From Mobula hypostoma (taxonomy: Eukaryota), in contig NC_086109.1 of assembly GCF_963921235.1 (NCBI RefSeq), positions 31,126,001 to 31,190,000 of the forward strand: a stretch of 64,000 bases of DNA, written 5' to 3'. The stretch's first letter is position 1; the number at the start of each line of letters is the position of its first letter. The notes under the pieces were generated by a model, which searched no databases, was not told where the DNA came from, and saw only the letters and a list, made by a program, of their open reading frames with translations. This document shows, in pieces, positions 37,650-51,315 of this stretch. The position numbers and the translations under genes were made by a program.

Positions 37650-40645
37650 TAGAGTCAAAGAAAGATGCAGCACAAAATCAGGCCCTTCAGCCCATCCAGT
37701 TGATGCTGAAACATTTAAACTGTCTAATCCCATTTGTTCTGCACCAGGACCATAGCCCTCCATACCCCTACCTTCCATGCCCCTATCCAAACTTCTCTTA
37801 AATGATGAAATCAAGCTCGCATGCACCACTTGTGCTGGCAGCTCATTCCACACTCTCATGACCCTCTGACTGAAAAAGTTTCCCCTCATGTTCCCTTTCA
37901 ACTTTTCACTTTTCACCCTTAACCCGCGACATCTAGTTGCAGTCCCACCCAACCTCAGCGGAAAAGCTTGCTCGCATTCTTCCTATCTGTACCCCTCATA
38001 ATTTTGTCTATCTTTATTAAATCTCCCCTCAGTCTTCTATGTTCCAAAGAGTAAAGTCCTCACCTCTTCAAACTTCCTTGATAACTCAAGTTCTCAAGTC
38101 CAGGCACAACCTTGTCAATTTTCTCTACACTCTTTCAACCTTATTTACATCTTTCCTATAGGTAGGTGACTTAAACTGTGCACAATACCCCAAATTAGGT
38201 CTCACCATTGCGTTATACAAGTTTGACATATCAGCCCATCCCCTGTACTCAGTACTTGGATTTATAAAGGCTGATGCACTAAAAGCTTTCTTTATGACCC
38301 TATCTACCCGTGGCACCACTTTCAATGAATTATGGACCTGTATTCCCAGATCCCTTTACTCTACAGCACTCCTCAGTACCTAATGCTGGTTGGTCCTACT
38401 GAGGTGTAACACCTCACATTTGTCTGCATTAAGTTTCATCCAACTTTTTTCAGCCCATTATATCAGCTGCTCCAGATCCCACTGCAAGCCATCACAGTTT
38501 TCCTTGATGTCAACTATACTCAAATCTTGGTGTCGTCTGCAAATTTGCTGATCCAGTTAACCACATTATCATCCAAATCATTGATATAAATACAATTGAT
38601 ACAGATAACAACTGATTCCAGTGGCACTCCATTAGTCACAGGCCTCCAGTCGGAGAGGCAACCATTTACTACCAAGCTCTGGCTTCTCCAACAAAGCCAA
38701 TGTCCAATCAAATTTACTACCTCATTTTGAATGCTAAGCAACTGAACCTTCTTGACCAACCTCTCATGCAGGCCCTTGTCAAGTTCCTTGCTTACGTCCA
38801 TGTAGACAACATCCACTGCCTTGCCTTCATCAAATGTCCTGGTAACTTCCTCAAAAAAAACTCTATGAAATTAGTAAGGCACAACCGACCATGCATGAAG
38901 CCATGCTGACTATCCCTAATCAGTCCATGTCTATTCAAGTCCTCAAATATCCAGTCCCTTAGAATACCTTCCAGTAACTTTCCCACTACTGATGTCAATC
39001 AGGCTAACCAGCCTATAACTTCCTGATTTATTTTTAGAGCCTTTCTTAAACAGCGGGATAACACTAGCAGGCATCCAATCCTCTGGTACCTCACCTGTCG
39101 CTAAGAATGATTTAAATATCTCTGATAGGGCCCCTGCTATTTTTGCACTTGCCTCCCGCAGGGTCCAAGGGAACACCTTGTCAAGCTCTGGGGATTTGTC
39201 CACCCTAATTTGCTTCAAGACAGCAATCACTTTCTCCTCTGCAATCTGTATAGGATTCATGAAGTTGATTAGATTAGATTCAACTTTATTGTCATTGTGC
39301 CGAGCACAGATACAAAGCCAATGAAATACATTTAGCATCTGACCAGAAATGCAAAGAATAGTGTTATTTACAAAATAACTGCTACAGCACACAAATATAA
39401 AAGTACTGAGACAGTACTAAATGGATGCAATACTGCTTTGCGCTGTGATGAGAGGTCTGGCAGGGTCACAGCCTCAGGGAAGAAGCTCTTCCTGTGCCTA
39501 CTGGTGCAGGAGCGGAGGCTCCTGTAGTGCCTACTGGATGGGAGGAGAGTGAAAAGTCCATGGTTAGGGTGAGATGCATCCCTGATAATGATTTTCGCCC
39601 TGCCCAGCCAGCGTTTATGGTAGATGTTCTCAATGGTGGGCAATTGGGTGCCGATAATCCGCTGGGCAGTTTTCACCACATACTGGAGTGCTTTGCCATC
39701 CGATACAGGACAATTGCCATACCACACTGAGATGCAGTTGGTGACTATGCTCTCAATGGTACAGCGGTAAAAGTCCGTCAGTATCCTGGGACAGAGGTGA
39801 GCTTTCTTGATGCTCCGCAGGAAATAAAGGCGCTGTTGTGCCTTTTTGATCAGGATGGAGGAGTTCAGGGACCAGGTGAGATCCTCGGAAAAGTGGACAC
39901 CAAGGAATTTGAAGCTTGATACACACTCCACTACAGCTCTGTTGATATAGATGGGGACGTGAGTGTAACTCCTGGCATGCCTGAAGTCCACAATGATCTC
40001 CTTGGTCTTCTGGGTATTAAGGGTCAGATTGTTGTCGGCACACTACGCAGCCAGGTGCTGGACCACGTCCCTGTAAGCTGTCTCGTCATCCCCTCTGATC
40101 AGACCAACCACCGTGGTGTTGTCTGCGAACTTGATTATGGAGTTAAACCATGTACAGGAATGCAGTCATAGGTGAAAAGGGAGTACAGAAGAGGGCTCAG
40201 CACACAGCTTTGAGGCATACCAGTGTTCAGGGTGACAGTGGAGGAGGAGAGGTTGCCTAACTTAACTGATTGGGGTCTGTTAGTCAGAAAGTCCAAGGTC
40301 CAATTGCAAAGTGATACGCTGATACCAAGCTGGCAAAGTTCGGTGATCAGCTTGGAGGGGATCACAGTATTGAATGCCGAACTAAAGTCAATGAACAGCA
40401 TTCTGATGTAAGAGATGCACACTTAGCCTGTGTCCATCTTCTGTGTAAATAAAGATGCAAAAAAAAATTTAAGATCTCACCCATCTCTTTTGGCTCCGCA
40501 CATGGATTACCATTCCGTTCTTCCAGAGGACCAATTTTGTCCCTTGCAATCCTTTTGCTCTTAGCATTTCTGTAGATTCCCTTAGGATTCTCCTTCACCT
40601 TGTTGCTAGGGAAACCTCATGCCTTCTTTTAGCCCTCCTGATTTA
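37650..40645 (-). mobile_element. Degraded CR1 LINE interrupted by a Rex1 element
   Basis: KSPELD, SYRLVSL, SQHGF, VTNGVP, KFADDTKI, RGNFFSQRV; the 5' part resumes at about 40420-40645. Confidence 0.88.
39267..40420 (-). mobile_element. Rex1/Babar LINE, 5'-truncated
   Basis: [61 protein letters not shown]; (AATCT)n tail at about 39267-39281. Confidence 0.92.
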
Positions 40646-40869
40646 ATTAATTAATTTGAATTAATTTAGTTTATTAGTATTTATTAGTTGTAACTAAGGT
40701 GATGATTTTTGAAGTTGCCTATGTTAATTGTTTTGAACATTAGCTGAAAAATCCATCGGTCGCAGGTTGGGAACTCCTGGTCTACAGTGATTCAGGAACA
40801 TAGCCTTCTACCACCTTCTTTAGGGTAATTAGTGGGCGAGTACTAAGCTTGTTTTTAAAAGAAGCATAC

Positions 40870-41135
40870 AGTGAAATGCGCTATTTGTGTCCTCGACCAA
40901 AGACGTGTTGGGAACAGTACGCAAATGCCACCTTGCTTCCGGAGCCAACGTAGTGTGCCAACAACCTGCTAACCCTAACCCGCACTGAATTGTGGAATGT
41001 GGGGGGGGAACTGAAGGCCCCCAAAAGATACCCATGCAGTCACAGAGAGGATAGACAAACCCCTTAAGGACACGGTAGGAGTTGAACCCTGATCGATGAT
41101 CGCTGCACTAACCACTATGCTACCAAGCCACCAGG
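40870..41135 (-). mobile_element. tRNA-derived SINE (V-SINE/HE1-like)
   Basis: Minus strand shows A box TAGCATAGTGG and B box GGTTCAACTCC, followed by a CTCTGTGACTGCATGGGT central block. Confidence 0.65.
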
Positions 41136-41747
41136 TAAACGCTGGTATGACCTGGCCTTGTTAGGGTTGCTGGCATCCAGTAAAAGATTTTGAACTCAGT
41201 GACAGTGACGTGCCGAGAGAATGCTAAGTCAGAGGCGAGATCCTTTTACAATATTACGTTGCGATGCTGCTCAGCTGTTAAAATGGAAATAAAGGATCCT
41301 TTGCCTTGTTCAATAAAAGGCCAAATCTCTGAACAAACACGCTAGTCTCGATCTCCACCAGCAAAATGATTAACTGATAATTCACCTCATTTGTGATTTT
41401 GGCAATTCTGCCAGGTGCAATTGAAGCTGCTTGACTGCTGTTGTAATTGTTTTGCTTCATATTCCTCCTGTTGCTATTTTCATGAATATGTCAGCTACTT
41501 TAAACTCTGGACAAAAGAAACATGCATCAAGGTTATAATTGATTGCTGTTGTTGGCAACAGCCCTACCAATCTTGTTTTCATGTCTTGGGCTCCAAAGGG
41601 GATGGTAAACCATCATTATGTGTGGACAACTGCGTGTTTTGTTTTGTGCAGAGTTTCTTCATAATTTTGTTTCTCTCCCAGCTCCAAAGCATTATAACCA
41701 GCAAGTGAAACCATGTAAAGAGATCTCTCACTACAAAGGATGCAGCC

Positions 41748-41823
41748 AGGGGGGAGGGGGTGCAGGAGGTGTGTGGAGGGGTGGGGGTGCAGGAGGTGTG
41801 TGGAGGGGTGGGGGTGCAGGAGG
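41748..41823 (+). repeat. G-rich 27-bp minisatellite, about 2.7 copies
   Basis: Unit GGGGGTGCAGGAGGTGTGTGGAGGGGT repeated exactly. Confidence 0.9.
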
Positions 41824-43259
41824 AGGCAGTGAGGAATCAGTTGGGAGAGTAATAATCATAGGTGCAAAGGATGCTGGGACCTCAATGGTGAGACATACAT
41901 ATGGTAAAAAAAAACTCCAGCTTGCAGAAATGTAATTGCCAATACTGTCTACATCACAGGAGAACAATTAATAAGTAAAGCTGTTTGATACAATTTGTTT
42001 AATTCTTTCATATTCCTCCTAAAATCTTGCCTAATTACCTCCTAATCAATATAGTTCAGCAACACTATGACCACTTTGATCACTTTGCACTAAAGTGGAC
42101 TATTTTTGTCTTTTTTATGTATTTTATTGCAAACATTGGGTGTAATTTAAGTCATATTTATGTTTTCCTTGCGAATGTTGCTTATAAGATGCTTTGTGAT
42201 GCAAGTAAGCTTTTTATTGCACTTGGGCAGAAGACTATAAATTTGACTTTGACTTTAACATTTAGAATTATTTAAACCTTTTATTCCAATATCTAATTTT
42301 AGAAGCCCACCCAATTTTTGCATATCAGTACTCTTTATTCCGAAGAATGGCATTGTTTGTCCAAAATATTAGTCTAAAATTTGCGTTTAATCATAAATTT
42401 GTAGAACCATTTCATATTCCCAAATAAGAGAAAATCTGCAATTGACATTTCGGGCCGAGACCCTTCAGCAGGACCTACTGAAAGGCCTCAGCTCAAAACG
42501 TTGACTGTACTCCTTTTCGTGGATGCTGAGTTCCTCTAGCATTTTGTGTGCATTTCATTTTCCCTGTTGTTTTATGTTTGAGAAAGTCAATAAACTGCAG
42601 TTGCTAATTTAATGCCCTGGTTAAGATTTCTGCTTCTATGCTATGAGATATTTTATTTTAGCAGTTTTCTGTAAAAGCAGTGTGTCCTGCTGGTAAGAAT
42701 ATTTTGGCTTCAGTTAAAGATAAGGAGACATGTTGTCCAACTTAGGAATGTTATGTCAGCCAACTGTAACTTTTTGCCCAGTGGAAGATTCGGAGAGCTC
42801 GGCTGGATTAGATTGCTGAAGGACAGTAGTCTGCTCTGGGGTCTTTTGGTGAGAGTGACAGATTGAGACACAAGAGAAGGTGCCGCAGAATGCCATTGGA
42901 AAGCGAGTCTCTATTGCAAGAAGTACTTGCTGCAGATGAATGGCTTCAAGGAGGAAGGGCAAATACTCCTGAGGGAGCCAGTTCATTTGAGATGCTCTTT
43001 GAGGGGTTCGGAATGTGATGGGTGATTTCATGCAGATCATGGGTCCAGCACATGAGTAAAGTGATACACCCCCAACAAATCCAGAAATGAGCTCCAACGT
43101 TTGTGTGCACTTTGGCCTGGTTTAACTGTAAAGGGCCCTTTTATTTTTTTCTATTCTTTTTTTGTAACTGATTGTTGAAGTTGAAAATTTGGTAAATATA
43201 CTTTCTTTGTGATTTTATGCTGGTGTGCTATCTGTCATTTCTGGGCTACCGATAACTGT

Positions 43260-43893
43260 GGTGGTGGCATCCGTTAGTCTCACAAGACCATGGATCTGCG
43301 CCTGGAAAGTCTTGTTTCAGTCTGTGTTGGTAGAGAAGTGTCTGGAAGCGACACTGGAGTGTCCTCTCCAGGGCACAAGGTTGTATGGAAGACTGCCAGT
43401 TGCCCATGCAGCAGGTCTCCCCTCTCCACGACACTGATGTTGTCCAAGGGAAGGGAAAGGGCCAATACAGCTTGGCACCAGTGTCTTCGCAGGAGTTTCC
43501 AGAACGAGGTCAAAGGCAAAACAGACTGCCTTAGGGACTCCAGCTCCGGAATTGCACTCGGGGTTTACTCCCGAACCCTTTCCCATGAGTGGGTATGGCT
43601 GCAAGGCAGCAGAGGTTTGAAATCAGAGTTTTCCCTCTCTTAGATGGACCGCCTTCCCAGGCTGACGAGCTCCATCTACCCGAAGCACTGGTTTTAAGGC
43701 GCCAGGACCCGTCTTCGCCCCTTCTCCTGTCAGTAGAAACAGTTCCGCCGGGCTTAGAGCCTAAGCCACATGAGAGGGCCAAGAGTTGGACTTGGTTGTC
43801 AGAGGCTATTTGAGGCACAAGCCGTGAGGAGCACTCTTAGGTAGTGGGAGCTTGTCCCCACTACCACTCCTCAGCTTGACAACCTTGGAACCT
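43260..43893 (-). mobile_element. Non-autonomous RTE-derived bipartite SINE-like element
   Basis: 8-bp TSD ATAACTGT at 43252-43259 and 43894-43901; minus-strand 3' end CCATGGTCTTGTGAGACTAACGGATG(CCA)n resembles RTE termini; internal GAGAGGGAAAACTCTGATTTCAAACC resembles the RTE 5' UTR motif. Confidence 0.72.
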
Positions 43894-45898
43894 ATAACTG
43901 TATATGGGCAGTATTTACACACCCATGTTCCTTAGTCAGAACATCCAAAATTTTCTATTTGGTTGAACTCCAAATCATATCGACCCTAGACATATATTGT
44001 TTATGAAAGATGGCTTTCTCACTGCTGAGTCACGTAGCTGTTAGCAGAGTTAGCTAATAAGCCAAGTTTGTCTATGAGACCTGGTGAGAGGGTTACACTC
44101 AAAATCTAAAATAAAAACAATAATGCTGGAAATAGTCGGCAGGTCAAGCCATATCTGTGGGAAGAGAAACAGGCTAATGTTTCAGATTGAAAACTTTTCA
44201 TCAGAACTGGGAAGCAAACAAATGAAGATCGTGAAAGCATAGTCTCTCTTTCATCTCTGTGCTTTTTCTCAGGTTCATCCTTTTTCAGATACAGTACCTA
44301 AACTCCTCCCAACTTCACAATGTTCTTTTGGAGGTGCTGGAGAAGTAGTTTGTGAGGATAAGGAAATCAAGTGTTTCTTTTCAGGTGCTAGGTGTTAGCA
44401 ATAGTTTTGAAAGGAAGAGCAGACAGTAGCTGTAATGAAGGAACAACAAGCTTCTTCCGTATGCAGAAAGTGTAAAAGGAATATCACACAACATCAATCA
44501 TTACTGAACAACAGAGCAAAGTGATTGTTTTCCTGAAAAAAAATGATGATGTAGTGATAAAAATGCTGTACTGCTACCCATGGCAATAAATGTGTTCTGT
44601 GTTTGAATATTCAAAGGGCTCATGAATCATTGGAAGGAGGAGAAATTGAAATAGAATTTATTGTATGGCCCTCCAACACCAGGGTTGACTTGATGCTCTT
44701 CAAGCTTTATCCCTTTATCATCGATGAAATATTCATATGTCGATGCATATGCATTGCTTGCTTCTAGCCCAAGAAGCTCAGACGGACATGAAGAGTCATA
44801 AAGATCTGCCAGAACAAGTGTGGTTGGTTTAATCAACCAACAGATTGCACTTATATGTTTGAATATGCATCATTTAAATACGTTATCTATGCATGTCATT
44901 CATTTAGATGCATAACAGTTAAATAAAATGCCCATATCACCAATTAATAATTGCTGTTCTGTTCCAAATTATTTTATTTGTATTTATTTCTTGAGCTCTA
45001 TAGACAGGTCTGAGATTTGCTTCACCTCTTGTCATTTTTATGTATCTGTACCAGATGTGCCAACCACATGTGAAAAGAAGCCACCCCTGTTTAGACAAAT
45101 TAATAGCAGAGTAATCAATAAAAGCAGAAGAAGGAGACAGTAACTGAGTGCTTCTTGTAACACGTTAAGAAACTCAATGGAAGGTTCTCGAGCTGATCTT
45201 TTCACTTTTATTTCCTGAGATCTTCATCGCATCTTCAAAATCCCTCACGCTTTTTAAAGCAACATTTTCACATTTTAAGAAAAGTTACGTTGATTGAAAA
45301 TGATGATTTGGTGATTTGTGATTTTTGTAAAGTCATTAAGATTAAAAAAACAAAGGAAGATGACTTAAGTTCTGTATCTTCCTTCCCCCTTCAGTTTAGC
45401 TCATGGTATAACATTCCCGTGCAAACTTTTCAGGTATTGGTGATTGGTTATGGAGAATCTTGCAGCATTACATGATGATGAGAACAAGATTCCAGTTCAT
45501 GATTTTGAACAGCACTGAGTTAGGATCACCAAAGAAAAAAATAATTATATTAAGGTCTGTATAATCAACAAAAACCTCGACTACCAATAGATTACTTGTT
45601 CATCCTGAATTAGTTTCTCACCATATAACAGAGTTCACAATTGAATGAGATCCATTGCAATTACAGCTTTGTCCTTAAGTGTTGATCCACATGTGCATAT
45701 ACTCCATATCAGACATTGTGGATACAGAGTTCTGCAAAACTGGTTTGCTGCCAACCTTTGCACTATATATTAATCATTGCTCTTATAACCTGTGGGCTTT
45801 GTTAATTAAAGTTGTATACCACTTTATAACTAAATCTTCATTCACCTCTTTTTAAATTATTTAATTTCATTTGATTCTCCATTTCTAACAAATAATAA

Positions 45899-47602
45899 CA
45901 CTGGATAACATTTTTTTTAAAGTGTTGCTTACTCAGAATTTCAGTTTTGTTGATGATAGAACACTTGAAGCTGAACAAAAATATAATTTCAGACTACTTT
46001 TATCATGTAGGAATTTGGAGAAACAAGAAATTAACTTCTATTGAATATAATGCATTTAATTGCATAACTGCGCTAATGCTTTGTGATAGTTCAACTGAGC
46101 GAAAAGTGTTTTATTGATGATTTTTGTTTGTACTCAGTATCTGAAGCTTCTCGCTTAAGAGTCCAACAATAATCAGTGAGCATTGATGGATTCCATTGCC
46201 CTGATGCTGTTTTTCCATGACTACAATGCCATGGTGAAACCTTTCACCATGCTCATCACTGACAGCACCAAGATTTGCAGAGAAGAAATCTAAATGGGAA
46301 TCCAGAAAATAAATCTTTTGTGACATGTTGCACTTCATGGTTTTGTATGCTTGAAGAATGTTGTCAACCAGCTGCATATAGTTTGGTGCACTGTAATTGC
46401 TAAGAAAATTTTCAACAATATCCTTGAATGCCTTCCATGTGATTTTCTCATTGAGTTTCTTCGAATTGCCTGTCATTGATGACCTGTTTGATTTGAGGAC
46501 CAACAAAGATGCCTTCCTTAATCTTAGCATCAGTTATTCTGGGAAATATCTGTCTCAAATATCAAAATCTTTCATGAAAACTTTTGTGCCTGATGACAGC
46601 AGATTCCATCCTTGCAGCCTTTAAGTCAGTAATTCTGCTTTTGGCTTTGACAAACCCAACTCTCTGACCAGGTTATTTAACTCAGATTGAATTATCGGAG
46701 GAGGTTCACTCAACATAAAGGGTCAAAATCTGTATCGGTATCAGTGTCATCTTCCATTCCTGGCTCGTACCTCATTATACCCTCATCTGCCTCCTCTAGT
46801 CTCCATGTCTCTGGTGGCTTTGGCACTGGAAGCTATCATCATGTGGTACAGGTTTCATGGCTGAAGGGGTATTAGGGAATTCAACAGATTTCTTGTTTTT
46901 AGCAGAGAAACCAGACACACTGGTCAGTCAGAGGTAATAGTCTGTCTCAAGATCTTTCTGCTCTCACCATATCATCGGGACAGTGAAAAGTACTGATTTC
47001 CGAGTACCTCTGAGCCAAGCTCTAAGGTTGACAGTGCATGTTGCACAACAAATGTGAGGAGTTCAGGTTTGGCTTGGTCACCAATTTTACAACCAAAGTA
47101 GAGCTCATGGGCTTTGTTAATGAGAGGAATCATGCTCTGTCTTTGAGATTTAAGCGTACGCTTGCCACAAATATGAAATAAAGTAATGCAGCTGTTGCAA
47201 CATTGGTGAGACAGTTTGCTATCACAAATACTCCTGAAAATGCAATTATTTTATTATAATGAGTACACACACTATGCTATGCACATAAAGCACGTGCACT
47301 AATGTGATCATAAAATGATATACATGTAAATACAATGCATAGAACAGTGTGTGCATAATGCTTTTATAGCCTTTCTAAAACCTGTCCTGTCATGCAGCAT
47401 CTGTTCTGCCTAAACATTCGCAGGCATGCCTGGACAAGATAGAAAACGTTTCAGCTTACATTGTGGGCAACATCTTAACTGACTTGAATTATTAATGGAA
47501 GTAACAAATATAGGCAATTTAAAAAAAAGGTGATTTTCATGATCAGCAGCCCAAAATCCATAAGGTATACACAAACGTATTCAGGAAGCTAAATCTTTGT
47601 TG
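45899..47602 (-). mobile_element. Chapaev3-type (CMC) DNA transposon, internally deleted
   Basis: N-terminal ICGKRTLK...ELYFGCKIGDQ; C-terminal CNMSQKIYFLDSHLDFF.NLGAVSDEHGERFH; TAA|CACTGGATAACA terminus, with TAA after the eroded other end. Confidence 0.82.
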
Positions 47603-50600
47603 TAACTCAAATGGATGTGACATTGGGACAAGACAGGTTTCCAAAACTCCAACCGAACGATAACATTTGCTTCTGACGTGAAAGTATAAACAAAACAGAT
47701 AACCTGCCGAAAATATACTTGCCAATAAAAACACTTAACTGGGATTTCCCTAGGAATGGCAGTTCAAGTTTCAGCAGAAGATCAGTTAAAATCCTAGATA
47801 CATCATATACAGTAGTTTCTGGTTTCTAGTGATCCTTTGCCAATTACAATCAGGAGAACCTTTTAACAGTTGACTGAAAATGACCTTTAAAAGAGATTTA
47901 TTTTTTATTGGAACTGCAAGAGTATCAAAGACACAGGGGTTTGCATGATTTATTGTATGGTCGAGAGTTATCTAATTATTCCAACAGATCTAAAAGTATC
48001 CGACCTCTGAAAATGTATATGACAGTTTTGTTAGCTACTGCATTTATTTCTCTTCCAATCAAAAGAAACTCATACTAACATTGTTGCATTCTTCAAAACT
48101 CTTGTGAAAATTTTACCTAAACTGTAATGTATTGGGCTGTATTTTGGTTTCATGTTTCAGTGAACGTGAAGTGTATTATATCTCACAGTGCTTTAAGATA
48201 CAGCTTTAACACTTTTGTTCAGCAATATAAAGTGTCAAAAAATAAACGCTGAAGTGCAGGAACAAAGTCATCAGACATTCCGTTATAGAAGCAGGACGGT
48301 TTCTTTGTCATGTGCATGCTGCAGACTTGCTTGGCAGACAGCAATGAATTTCCATTCATGATTTCAAAGCGACTGACTTGGAGTCATTAAAAAAAGATGA
48401 GTCAGCGTAAGGACTGTGGTGTCACCAATATGATACTTGTTGCTTTTGAATTTTCAAATCAAAAGTTTCAAATCATGCGGAAGAGTTCACAGCTCAAGTA
48501 GAGGTGATCTGTTTATGGACTTTATTAGACCCAGTAATGCCTGGAGATTTGGATAAAGAAATTCATGGCTCACAGGAGCTGCTCTCATTACAAAACCTGA
48601 AGCCACCTTTCATTTACTGGCCAACAGTGATGTATTAAGAATTCAGTGAAGTAACCTATGCAAGTTGTAAAGGAACCTCCAGTTCAGCTTACAGATGTGG
48701 CAGCTTTGCAGCATTACCTTATCTTGTGCTTTCAGCTGTAAAAGAACACGGTGCAGTGTAAACAGCTCATAATAATTTATCATTTTCAGTCTCATCTATG
48801 CAGCCTCGGACTGCCCCTTATAACATATAGATTATTGAGTTTCTTATAGTCAATTTTGGGGAGATGTAATTATATAGATTTCACCAAATAATCATGTCAT
48901 TTGTCATTGCCTGGAGAATAATATTAACACTGCAAAGCATTGGTTAACACCATGTAATGTTGCATGCTGTGAACAAGCAACGTAACTGCATATAGATGTA
49001 TCCTACTTCAAAAATTGTGTTTCATTAAAAGCAAATTTTAGAGTCAGAATTCAATACATATAAAGGATCTTATTGTACTTAAAATCACAAATAATGAATT
49101 TACAACTCATAATGACTGGCAATTCTGTGAATGTGCTGCATAGTCAATAATGATAACTTTAGTGTGAAATATACAATTGAGTCTCCACCTAGTCATTTGA
49201 GTAGACTTATTCTAAGAAAGTCAACAGACTTTTGTGAAGTATTTGCAACTTGGTCAAAATTATCACGACACTTTCATCATTCACTTACCCAAGAGATTCT
49301 ATAGATGTTGGAATTCCAGAGTAACACACAGAAAATGGTGGAAGACTTCAGTAAATCAGGCAGCATCTACAAAAGGAATGAAGAGTTGATGTTTTGGGCT
49401 AAGACTATTCATCAGAATCACTTGTCTCGTTGGAACTTTCAAGACTCTGAACTGTGTGAGTTGGCTGCTGTGTTTGCCTGCAAAAAAAATAGTGATTAAT
49501 CTACAAGAATGGATTAATTAGTTCTGAAGAACTTCCTGATGTTCTAAAAATGGAAATAAAATTCTTTGTGCTTTTCCTTTCAATCAGCATGCTCTGGATC
49601 AAGATTCAAGATTGTTTACTGTCATTTCCTGTGCACAAGTGTAAAGGAAAACAAAATGATTGTTACTCTGGATCTGATGCAGAACAAAAATTAAAAAAAA
49701 AACATGTTAAAAATGATAAAAAACACAATAAATATAAATAACACACACAAAATGCTGGAGGAACTCAGCAGGCCAGGCAGCATCTATAGAAAAGGCTACA
49801 GTTGACATTTCAGACTGAGACACTTTAGCAGGACTTGGATTTCCAGCATCTGCAGATTTTCTCTTGTTTGCGTTAAATATAAATACTTAAGATAGCTCAT
49901 ATACATAGATTGATTGTATGTCCATAATGTGACGCTAGGCACAGAAGTAACTGTGACTAATAGGAAATACTAAAGTGGTCGTAGTTGGGGTTAGAACTGA
50001 TGTGGGAATCAAGGAACTATGGACACAAGGGATTCTGCAGATTGCTGGAAATCGACACAAACTGCTGGAAGAACTCAGTGGATCAGGGTCATCTATGGAA
50101 AGGAATAAAGAATCAACTTTTTGAGCCGAGAACCTTCATCAGGACTCGCCCTGAAAGGTAGACTATTTGTTTCTATAGATGCTGCATGACCTGTTGAGTA
50201 CCTCCAAGAAACTATGGATGCTGGATATGTAAATATAGGAAATGTTGGAAGGCTAAGCAGATCTGTGGAGGGAGAAACAACACTAATATTTCAAGTCAGT
50301 GACCTTTCTACAGAAGTAACGAAGGGCCATTGATCCAGAACATTAACTCTGTTTCCCTCTCTTCAGAATGCTGCCTTTTCTCCAGAGTATTTCCAACAAT
50401 TTCTGCTTCAGCATTAAATGCCTGTGCATTAATGGATTTCTAACAGTGTCCTTATCCTTTCTAACCTTCTGTTGTAACAGCGGGTAAAATGTAAATTTCA
50501 GTTGGAGATACTGGCTATATAAAGAGCTATCTTTGAACTAAAAGCTGTGAATGTCTCTAGGCAATATGCTAGTTGAAGTTATGTTGACTTAGTAATTAGT

Positions 50601-50869
50601 AATTAGATTGAGTTCAAAAAGAAATGGAAGTCGCATACAGAGTAATTGGGCTATTTTTTACAGGATAATTTTATAAAATCTGGACACCTATCGGATTCCA
50701 TGAGCTATTAAAAGTTAATGATATTTTGTAAACTGCAAATATGAAATAAAGGGAGAGAATGTCTTTGTGTTGTTTTGTATACAATCATTAAGTGTTGGAA
50801 ATGCCAATAGAAAATTGGGGTTTAATTGTATGACAGCTTGGGTTGGAGTCTGAATCAAACCTTTTAAAA

Positions 50870-51315
50870 CCATAAGAAAAGACCAAAAGATATAGGAACA
50901 TATTTAGGCCATTCAGCCCATCAAGTCTGCTCTGACATTCCATCATGCTGATTTATTATCCCTCTCAACCCCATTCTCCTGCCTTCTTCTGAGACCCTTT
51001 GATGTCCTTATTAATCAAGAAACCATCAATGTCCACTTGAAATATACCCAATGATTTGGCCTCCACAGCTGCATGTAGCAATGAATTTCACAGATCCACC
51101 ATCCTCTGGCTATAGAAATTTCTCCTCATCTCTGTTCTAAAGGGACACCCCTCTATTCTGAGGTCGTTTCCTCTGATCCTAGATTCCCCCACTATAGGAA
51201 ACATCCTTTCCACATCCACTCTGGGCCTTTCATTATTCAATCAATTTCAATTAACCCCCCCACCGCCCATCCACCTCCATTCTTTTAAACCAGTGAGTAC
51301 AGGCCCAGAGCCTTC
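50870..51315 (-). mobile_element. CR1 3' fragment
   Basis: Similar to 8642-9080 (CATAAGA tail, AGGCCATTCAGCCCATC, GATTTGGCCTCCACAGC). Confidence 0.8.

Noticed and set aside
41618..41935. Gly-rich 105-aa ORF
   Set aside because: A by-product of the G-rich minisatellite; no splice or homology support.
42766..44096. Possible solo LTR (TGTAAC...GTTACA) hosting the RTE-derived element
   Set aside because: No matching TSD found and the left boundary is uncertain.
44627..44805. Possible minus-strand terminal exon (DLYDSSCPSELL...FNFSSFQ)
   Set aside because: Only a modest acceptor, no recognisable protein or nearby poly(A) signal, and opposite strand to the better exon candidate.
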